Positions 1 to 6,275 of a DNA stretch of 10,616 nt are shown here, one piece after another. The DNA lies in assembly GCA_029762535.1 (NCBI GenBank), contig JARVGK010000053.1, forward strand, positions 1 through 10,616, written 5' to 3'. The stretch's first letter is position 1; each line of letters begins with the position of its first letter. Origin of the DNA: Thermoplasmatota archaeon (GTDB lineage: Archaea > Thermoplasmatota > Penumbrarchaeia > Penumbrarchaeales > Penumbrarchaeaceae). Under the pieces are notes generated by a model. It ran no database searches, had not been told where the DNA came from, and saw only the letters and a program-made list of their open reading frames with translations. A program made the position numbers and the translations under genes.

Positions 1-55
1 GTCACCTTTTTGGTTTGGGTTTTATTGGCTGAAACCCCTAACGCAAAAGGGTGAC
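1..55. repeat. Long imperfect inverted repeat/hairpin (may extend left of the window)
   Basis: GTCACCTTTTTGGTT..GGGTTTTA (1-24) pairs with TGAAACCC..AACGCAAAAGGGTGAC (30-55), giving ~23 pairs including G-T, one bulge and a small internal loop; the terminal loop is TTGGC. Confidence 0.75.
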
Positions 56-179
56 ACATGTCTTTGGTTTCCACACTCTCCGGGAGACCGATGATAGCGT
101 TGATAATGATGGGATGAGGGCCATGGAGGAATCAGGGAGGTGGGACACGCCTATTGTATATGTCAATGCGGCCAACGGC

Positions 180-214
180 AAAGGGTCCCTTTTCAAACAG
201 GGGATCGATCCCCT
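180..214 (-). terminator. Palindrome pair immediately after the vapC stop codon; candidate terminator or protein-binding site
   Basis: Perfect 16-bp palindrome AGGGGATCGATCCCCT (199-214) abuts the vapC stop codon (215-217); AAAGGG-T-CCCTTT lies at 180-192. Confidence 0.4.
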
Positions 215-595
215 TCAGAGGAAGATGATGTCAAATCCCTTGAACTTCAGGAAATCCCTGTCCATTGTGACGATCTTGAGGCCATTGGATATCGCGATCA
301 GATATTGATAGGAATCATCGAAATCTGTCTGATTCTCCTCTCTGATCCTGCTTAGATCCTTGTAGAGTCCCCTCTTCAGGGTTAGAACGGTGACGTTGTT
401 CATCACATCCTCAAGGAAGGAATTGAAAAGACGTTCCTTATTGTTCCTGAACAGTATGACTCCTATGCTGTGAAGGGTGAAATCGGAGATCATCAACTCG
501 GACCCATGACGGGTCAGGAATTTCTTACAGATATCGCTCTTCTCCTGTTTCAAGAGTATCTCGAGGAAGATGTTCGTATCGATGAGGAACATCAT
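215..595 (-). CDS. vapC: PIN-domain toxin, VapC family (type II TA)
   Basis: N-terminal FLIDTNIFLE motif, DFDDSYQY, and C-terminal IVTMDRDF supply the PIN acidic residues; ~126 aa; overlaps the upstream antitoxin stop (ATGATG). The start could also be 592 or 601. Confidence 0.92.
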   Translation of the reverse strand: MMFLIDTNIFLEILLKQEKSDICKKFLTRHGSELMISDFTLHSIGVILFRNNKERLFNSFLEDVMNNVTVLTLKRGLYKDLSRIREENQTDFDDSYQYLIAISNGLKIVTMDRDFLKFKGFDIIFL

Positions 596-804
596 CTCCA
601 CTCCGAGGCATGATGCTGAAGCTCGACCGAGGTGAAACGGTCCCGAAGGTCATACAAAGCCCCCTCCCATTCGAACTTGAACCTGTCCTTTTCAACTGAT
701 AGGTCCCGGTTCTTTTTTATCAGCAGTTCTATATAATCGAGAACCTCGTTCCTGAGATCCTCCGGAAGCTCATCGATCATGGCCTCGATATCGGATGATT
801 CCAT
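592..804 (-). CDS. Antitoxin, DUF2281-like (cognate VapB)
   Basis: IDELPEDLRNEVLDYIELL...FEWEGALYDLRDRFTSVELQH pattern; small acidic protein translationally coupled to the PIN gene. Start placed at ATG 804 because ATG 822 is too close to the TATA element at 834-840. Confidence 0.85.
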   Translation of the reverse strand: MESSDIEAMIDELPEDLRNEVLDYIELLIKKNRDLSVEKDRFKFEWEGALYDLRDRFTSVELQHHASEWR

Positions 805-828
805 TTCGATCAGGTCGATCATGTTTTT

Positions 829-850
829 ATGGGTATATAATCATTGGCGA
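829..850 (-). promoter_or_regulatory. Putative archaeal TATA promoter of the vapBC operon
   Basis: Minus strand reads TCGCCAATGATTATATACCCAT; TTATATA (840-834) is ~30 nt upstream of ATG 804. Confidence 0.45.
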
Positions 851-907
851 TATGATATCAAGATCTATCTCGCGATAATCAATTCACCTTGGAACTGATA
901 TGCCGCC

Positions 908-979
908 CTATTCCTCTATCCTGTGACCCTTTCTTCTGACTATCATTATCATCATTATGATGAAGAGGAGGATCCCCAT
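908..979 (-). pseudogene. Orphan 3' end (TM anchor + tail, MGILLFIIMMIMIVRRKGHRIEE*) of a third surface-protein paralog; 72-bp direct repeat of 1640-1711 and 4000-4071
   Basis: 68/72 nt identical to each of the other two copies, all differences synonymous; homology stops abruptly at 980. Confidence 0.85.
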
Positions 980-1009
980 ACGGATGGAGTAATGAAAGAG
1001 GTGGAACAT
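908..1009 (-). CDS. Possible 33-aa membrane microprotein MFHLFHYSIRMGILLFIIMMIMIVRRKGHRIEE
   Basis: In-frame ATG at 1009 preceded by GTAGGAATC; in-frame TAA at 1021-1019; AT-rich AAAAAACTTTTAAC element ~30 nt upstream. Too short for the ORF track; expression unproven. Confidence 0.3.
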   Translation of the reverse strand: MFHLFHYSIRMGILLFIIMMIMIVRRKGHRIEE

Positions 1010-1029
1010 GATTCCTACTTAATGACAAA

Positions 1030-1063
1030 ATGGATATAGTTAAAAGTTTTTTATTTTATCCAT
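1030..1063. promoter_or_regulatory. Imperfect 34-bp palindrome over the relBE promoter/start codon; candidate operator
   Basis: ATGGATA-TAGTTAAAA-GT-TTTTTATTT-TATCCAT; perfect 7-bp outer arms; the right arm overlaps ATG 1062. Confidence 0.5.
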
Positions 1064-1229
1064 GGGCGAAATACAGATCGTCGAAAGGCTTTCACGTATC
1101 GAAGAGGAGTTGGTCCTGCTCCGAAAGCAACTCATTGACGCGGACCTCCTGGTGACGGATGATGACATCGAATCACTGGATCGAGCGGAAGAGGATCTCA
1201 ATAATAAAAGGACGAAGAGGATCATCTGA
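1062..1229 (+). CDS. 55-aa putative antitoxin of the RelE toxin (not in the ORF track)
   Basis: MGEIQIVERLSRIEEELVLLRKQLIDADLLVTDDDIESLDRAEEDLNNKRTKRII; acidic; its stop overlaps the toxin start (TGATG, 1227-1231); resembles short archaeal RelB-type antitoxins. Confidence 0.8.
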   Translation: MGEIQIVERLSRIEEELVLLRKQLIDADLLVTDDDIESLDRAEEDLNNKRTKRII

Positions 1230-1495
1230 TGCCTTACGAGGTCCACCTTTCGCAGGCTTGTTCCAGAGCTCTTGAGAAGATGGAACACATCGACAGGGAG
1301 CGTATCATAAACAGATTGAAACGTCTTTCGGAGGATCCCTATCCTACAGATAGCAAGTTCATGACCAGGCATTTGGGAGATAAGGTGTTCAGGATAAGGA
1401 TCGGCGATCACAGAGCACTATACAAGGTAAAAGATAATGAGAACCTGATATTGGTATCGAAAATAGACAAACGACCCAGGGTCTATCATCGCTGA
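1229..1495 (+). CDS. relE: RelE/ParE-family type II toxin
   Basis: 88 aa, basic; YEVHLS...LSEDPYP...FRIRIGDHRALYKV...IDKRPRVY matches the RelE pattern (RxRxGxxRxxY, C-terminal RxxxY). Confidence 0.93.
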   Translation: MPYEVHLSQACSRALEKMEHIDRERIINRLKRLSEDPYPTDSKFMTRHLGDKVFRIRIGDHRALYKVKDNENLILVSKIDKRPRVYHR

Positions 1496-1639
1496 TGTTG
1501 TTGTGTGAATGTTACTAAAGGGATCAATCAAGAGGCCATCCTATCCATGTGAACCTTATTTGCGATTAGATATGCTATCCATTTATAGTTATGACCTGTT
1601 CATTCTTCTGAGGGGATCGTAGAATATTCAGGGATCCCC

Positions 1640-3754
1640 CTATTCCTCGATCCTGTGACCCTTTCTCCTCACTATCATTATCATCATGATGATGAAGAGG
1701 AGGATCCCCATAATGATCGCGACGAAGAGGGTCGCACCAAGGACGATCACGAGCGCCCGAAGCGAAGAAGCCTCGTCCTTCCATTCATCCCCTGCAGGAT
1801 CCTCCTCTTTCAATGTACCCACATCATTTTTTAGATCAGAGATCTCGGCATCGTTCCTGTCGAGGTCGTATTCCAACGCATCGATCATGTCGAGGATCCC
1901 GGAGAGGTCCACCGTCTCATTGCCCTCGCCTTCAATTGCGGTCAATCTCTCCTTCAACTGGGTCAGGTTCTCCCTGGTCATCTGGAGTTCCATGGAGAGG
2001 ATCTCCAGTTCATCGATGATGGAGGAGGTATTATCTGTGTCATTCATGGATCCCATCATCTCCTTTATAGATGCGATCTCATCCTCGATATCGGATATAT
2101 TCCCAAATATTGATAAGAGGGATAGGGACAGATCGTCCATGGCATCCGTAAGGGATGCGATCTTATCGACCATCGGGTCGGTGTAGGTCACGGTCCTGGT
2201 CTCCACGGCATGGTTCCCTGAGGCATCCGTTGATGTAACGACAATGGTGTTCGATCCCGGAAACAGGGAAATATCTATGGAAAATGTCCCATCTTCTGCC
2301 ACGTAAGCGTTCACGCCGTTGACGACGAGTGCCGCACCAGACTCTGTGGTCCCGGACACTGTCAAAACATTCGTATCCACCTCGATCCCGTTCTCTGGGG
2401 AGGAGAGGGTGAGTACAGGGGGCGTGGTATCGGGCAACATATATCGATTGGACCAGATGTTGGTCCTGTAACCATCGGAATGATACCATACTGCGATGGC
2501 ATCACCGGAGGGATCCACCGATACCCTGGGCACATCAGCGGAACCAATGCGGGTCTCTATGAGCTCGGCCTTGCCCCATCCGCTCCCTTTGACGAACCTG
2601 TTGGCATATATGCTGTAAAAACCGCCATCATACTGTCTCCATACCGCGATCGCATTCCCGGCTGCGTCCATGGCGGTATGGCTTGTCTCAGATGTCTCAT
2701 CTCCATGATCGATCCTTTCCTCCTCACCCCAGCCTTCGCTCGGAGTGAATCGGTTTGAAATAATATTGTACTTGGACCCATCCCATTGTGACCAGGTCGC
2801 CAATGCGTTTCCATCGTCATCCAATGCTACATTTGTTGGTGGTTGAACCTGCCCATCCCCTGTTTCTATGATCTCTGCTGTGCCCCAACCCGACCCGGAA
2901 GTATACCGGTTTGAAACAACATTATAGATCGTACCGTCTTGTTGCCTCCATACCGCCATCGCATTGCCGGATCCGTCCATATCGATCATGGGGCCGAAGG
3001 CATTTCCCGTGTCATAGGTTTCGATGAGTTCAGCATCTCCCCATCCGGCAGTTATGGTATACGTGTTTGCCCATATGTCGTACATGGCCCCATTGCTTTG
3101 ATACCAGACGACAACTGCCACTCCATCGGGGGAAAGGACGACCTGTGGCGCATATGCCCCATCACCGCCGTTCTCGACGAGTTCTGCCGATCCCCAGCCA
3201 GTACCTGGTGTGTAAACATTGGCATATATGCTGTGATATGTTCCATCGTCCTGGGACCAGACGGCAATTGCATAACCGTCATCGTTCATATCAACCTGGG
3301 GATTCTGTACATCTCCGCTCATTGTTTCAAGGTCATATCCCGTGTCCCAACCGATACCAGGAAAATAATTCCTTGCCACTACGTTGTAACGTATCCCGTC
3401 CGAGTAACGCCATACAACAGTGGCATTTCCATTGCCGTTCACCGCAATTCTGGGTGACAAGGAGTTGAACCCTCCGGCAGTCAAGAACTCCGCATCCTCC
3501 CATCCCACACCTTTGGTATACCTGTTTGCTACTATCTGCGGAACAGACCCATCGTTATGGTTCCATACCGCGATGGCGTTCCCCTCAGCGTCCGTTCCGA
3601 TATCGGGATATCCCGCGGAACCCATATCATCGTGTTCGATGAGCTCGGCGACTCCCCATCCAGAGGGCTCGACCTCATATCCGCCTGAACAGGCGGCGAT
3701 CGGCATCATGCACAATACGATCGCAACAATAATAATATCAGTCCCATTTTTCAT
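1640..3754 (-). CDS. 704-aa cell-surface protein A: signal peptide/lipobox, 8x ~51-aa repeats (probable beta-propeller), Ig-like domain, coiled-coil stalk, C-terminal TM
   Basis: IAAC lipobox-like motif; eight GWG.AE.IE...P....D..GNA.AVW...DG...I.ANRY repeats (2441-3661); DTTPPVLTLSSP...GSNTIVVTSTDASGN Ig-like domain; heptad-rich acidic stalk; hydrophobic helix followed by RRK; GGGGAG RBS. Confidence 0.9.
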   Translation of the reverse strand: MKNGTDIIIVAIVLCMMPIAACSGGYEVEPSGWGVAELIEHDDMGSAGYPDIGTDAEGNAIAVWNHNDGSVPQIVANRYTKGVGWEDAEFLTAGGFNSLSPRIAVNGNGNATVVWRYSDGIRYNVVARNYFPGIGWDTGYDLETMSGDVQNPQVDMNDDGYAIAVWSQDDGTYHSIYANVYTPGTGWGSAELVENGGDGAYAPQVVLSPDGVAVVVWYQSNGAMYDIWANTYTITAGWGDAELIETYDTGNAFGPMIDMDGSGNAMAVWRQQDGTIYNVVSNRYTSGSGWGTAEIIETGDGQVQPPTNVALDDDGNALATWSQWDGSKYNIISNRFTPSEGWGEEERIDHGDETSETSHTAMDAAGNAIAVWRQYDGGFYSIYANRFVKGSGWGKAELIETRIGSADVPRVSVDPSGDAIAVWYHSDGYRTNIWSNRYMLPDTTPPVLTLSSPENGIEVDTNVLTVSGTTESGAALVVNGVNAYVAEDGTFSIDISLFPGSNTIVVTSTDASGNHAVETRTVTYTDPMVDKIASLTDAMDDLSLSLLSIFGNISDIEDEIASIKEMMGSMNDTDNTSSIIDELEILSMELQMTRENLTQLKERLTAIEGEGNETVDLSGILDMIDALEYDLDRNDAEISDLKNDVGTLKEEDPAGDEWKDEASSLRALVIVLGATLFVAIIMGILLFIIMMIMIVRRKGHRIEE

Positions 3755-3810
3755 TTAACGACTCCCCAGATGAACATGAACTCTTGAATGGGTATTATAT
3801 TTTTGCAAAG
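3755..3810 (-). promoter_or_regulatory. Promoter and RBS of surface protein A
   Basis: Minus strand GCAAAAATATAATA (BRE/TATA-like) followed by GGGGAG before the ATG; the 5' leader is homologous to that of paralog B (6139-6183). Confidence 0.5.
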
Positions 3811-3999
3811 AAGATTCACGAAAGGGAGTCGCTACTTGAAGAACAATGCAGGTAATCATCGCATACTGATTTGAGATTATTTTTTATCGATCGAGAGGCC
3901 ATAAGCCATACCAACCATTTTGGCGATGAGATAACCTACATGTCCACAGAACTATCCATTCATCCGTTTATTGGGATCCAGGGTTATTAATGATCCGCC

Positions 4000-6138
4000 C
4001 TATTCCTCTATCCTGTGACCTTTTCTCCTCACTATCATTATCATCATGATGATGAAGAGGAGGATCCCCATCAGTATAGCAACGAAGAGGGTCGCCCCGA
4101 GGATCGCGACGATCGCCTTGAGCGATGCCACATCGTCCTTTAGGTCCTCATTATCTTCAGGATCCGATCCCTTGAGAGAATCTATATCGGCAGCTTGAGA
4201 TGAGACGTCGTTCTTAAGCGTGGAGATCTCGGCATCGTTCCTGTCGAGGTCGTATTCCAACGCATCGATCATGTCGAGGATCCCCGAGAGGTCCACCGTC
4301 CCGTTGCCCTCGCCTTCGATCGCCGACAGTCTCTCCTTCAAAAGGGTCAGGTTCTCCCTGGTCATCTGGATTTCCATGGAGAGGATCTCCAGTTCATCGA
4401 TGATCGATGAGGTATTGTCCGTATCGTTCATGGACCCCATCATATCCTTTATCGATGCGATCTCATCCTCGATATCGGATATATTCCCAAATATTGATAA
4501 TAGGGATAGGGACAGATCGTCCATGGCATCCGTAAGGGATGCGATCTCATCGACCATCGGGTCGGTGTAGGTCACGGTCCTGGTCTCCACGGCATGGTTC
4601 CCTGAGGCATCCGTTGATGTAACGATAATGGTGTTCTCGCCAGAATACAAAAAGAGGTCCAAAGAGAAGGACCCGTCACTTTTTACAGTGGCCTTGATCC
4701 CGTTGATGTCCAGTTCTGATCCGGGCTCGGTGATCCCGGACACCGTCACAGCATTCGTATTTATCTCGATCCCGTTCTCTGGGGAGGAGAGGATGAGTAC
4801 CGGGGGTGTGGTATCGGGCGCCACATATCGATTGGACCAGATGTTGAACCTGTAACCGTCGTATTGATACCATACCACGATTGCATCGCCGGATGGATCC
4901 ACCGAGACCCGGGGTACGTCCGCGGAATAAAGACGTGTTTCCAGGATCTCGGCCTTGCCCCATCCGCTCCCTTTGACGAACCTGTTCGCGTATATGCTGG
5001 AAAAACCTTCAACCTGCCTCCATACCGCGATCGCATTGCCAGAGGCATCCATATCTAAATGTGTGGTCTCGGCATTCCCGTCCCCGTCCTCTATCTCATC
5101 CTCTTTCCCCCAACCCTCATCAGGGGTATAGCGGTTGGACAGGATGTTATACTTGGACCCATCGTATTGATGCCATAGTGCGAGGGCATATCCCTCGTTA
5201 TCGACGGCCACATTTATAGGCGGCTGGACCTGTCCATCGCCGGATTCTATGATCTCCGCTGTCCCCCAACCGGACCCTGCAGTGTATCGGTTGGAGACCA
5301 CGTTGTATATGCTCCCGTCGTGATGTCTCCATACGACAACGGCATTTCCCGAAGCATCCATGTCGATCATCGGGTCCAAAGCATCTCCGGTGTTTATGGC
5401 CTCTATAAGCTCCGCGGTACCCCATCCGGTCTTTAATGAGAACCTGTTCGCCCAGATATTCTCTCTGGACCCATCATCCTGATACCACACTGCGATCGCA
5501 TCGCCATCCGGTGAGATGGCGACCTGAGGTCCATATGCCCCTCCGTTGTTATCCTCGATACTTGTAGGGGATCCCCAGCCGATACCCGGCATGTAAACAG
5601 CTGCTTTTATATTGAAAATACTGTATTCCAGTTGTCCCCAGACGGCGACGACATATCCATCGTCGTTCATGTCGACTTGGGGCGTATACGCGTGTCCATC
5701 ACCTATATCGAGGATCATCGCATACCCCCACCCGATATCCGGATGATACGGTATGGCTGCGATATTGTCCCGTGTTCCGTCCGAATAACTCCAGACCACG
5801 GTCCCATTCCCTCTGCCGTTCATCGCTATTCTCGGTGATATGGAATCGGTCCCTCCGTTCATCAGGAACTCGGCATCTCCCCAGCCCATGCCCTTGGTGT
5901 ACCTGTTCGCCACGATCTGTGAGATCCCCCACTCATCGTTCTGATTCCAGACAGATATGGCGTTGCCGTTCGCGTCCGTTCCGATATCAGGATAGCTCGC
6001 GGAGCCGAGATCATCGTGCTCAAGGAGCTCGGCGATCCCCCATCCGGAGGGCTCGACATCATATCCGCCTGAACAGGCGGCGATCGGCATCATGTACAAT
6101 ACGATCGCAACAGAGAATATACCCATCCCAATTTTCAT
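4000..6138 (-). CDS. 712-aa cell-surface protein B, paralog of 1640-3754
   Basis: Same architecture and collinear with A. The true start is ATG 6138 (MKIGMGIFSVAIVLYMMPIAAC), which aligns with the start of A and has a GGGGTG RBS; the track's extension to 6393 is spurious. Confidence 0.9.
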   Translation of the reverse strand: MKIGMGIFSVAIVLYMMPIAACSGGYDVEPSGWGIAELLEHDDLGSASYPDIGTDANGNAISVWNQNDEWGISQIVANRYTKGMGWGDAEFLMNGGTDSISPRIAMNGRGNGTVVWSYSDGTRDNIAAIPYHPDIGWGYAMILDIGDGHAYTPQVDMNDDGYVVAVWGQLEYSIFNIKAAVYMPGIGWGSPTSIEDNNGGAYGPQVAISPDGDAIAVWYQDDGSRENIWANRFSLKTGWGTAELIEAINTGDALDPMIDMDASGNAVVVWRHHDGSIYNVVSNRYTAGSGWGTAEIIESGDGQVQPPINVAVDNEGYALALWHQYDGSKYNILSNRYTPDEGWGKEDEIEDGDGNAETTHLDMDASGNAIAVWRQVEGFSSIYANRFVKGSGWGKAEILETRLYSADVPRVSVDPSGDAIVVWYQYDGYRFNIWSNRYVAPDTTPPVLILSSPENGIEINTNAVTVSGITEPGSELDINGIKATVKSDGSFSLDLFLYSGENTIIVTSTDASGNHAVETRTVTYTDPMVDEIASLTDAMDDLSLSLLSIFGNISDIEDEIASIKDMMGSMNDTDNTSSIIDELEILSMEIQMTRENLTLLKERLSAIEGEGNGTVDLSGILDMIDALEYDLDRNDAEISTLKNDVSSQAADIDSLKGSDPEDNEDLKDDVASLKAIVAILGATLFVAILMGILLFIIMMIMIVRRKGHRIEE

Positions 6139-6175
6139 CTGAATACACCCCGAACGAACATCAACTCCCAGATGG

Positions 6176-6241
6176 CTAATATAGGTTTTCATTGAAGCGC
6201 CTCCATGAAAACCCCATCTCCACGAAAAAAATAATATAATC
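6176..6241. promoter_or_regulatory. Divergent promoter region with a central 30-bp palindrome
   Basis: Minus-strand GAAAACCTATATTAG (6190-6176); GGTTTTCATTGA-AGCGCC-TCCATGAAAACC (6184-6213, arms match 11/12); plus-strand CGAAAAAAATAATATAA (6223-6239). Confidence 0.55.
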
Positions 6242-6275
6242 AAAAGACACATGTATGAAGCAGGGGGAAAAAGAG

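Noticed and set aside
51-355. Plus-strand ORFs 51-308 and 140-355
   Set aside because: They overlap vapC antisense and have no recognisable motifs
908-979. Diversity-generating retroelement template repeat for the 3' ends of the surface genes
   Set aside because: Mismatches are all synonymous and not strictly adenine-specific (e.g. GTC/GTG), the segment encodes a TM anchor rather than a variable ligand-binding region, and there is no reverse transcriptase in the window
1040-1411. Minus-strand 123-aa ORF
   Set aside because: Antisense shadow of the relBE operon
1672-1703. ATC/ATG trinucleotide-like run as a slippage or phase-variation tract
   Set aside because: It encodes the Ile/Met-rich TM helix and has the same length in all three copies
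908-1711. Campbell-type integration of a relBE mini-island into the 3' end of gene A (attL/attR)
   Set aside because: Disfavoured rather than excluded: the flank directly downstream of A is homologous to that of B, so it looks native; the remnant has its own homologous flank; no integrase is visible
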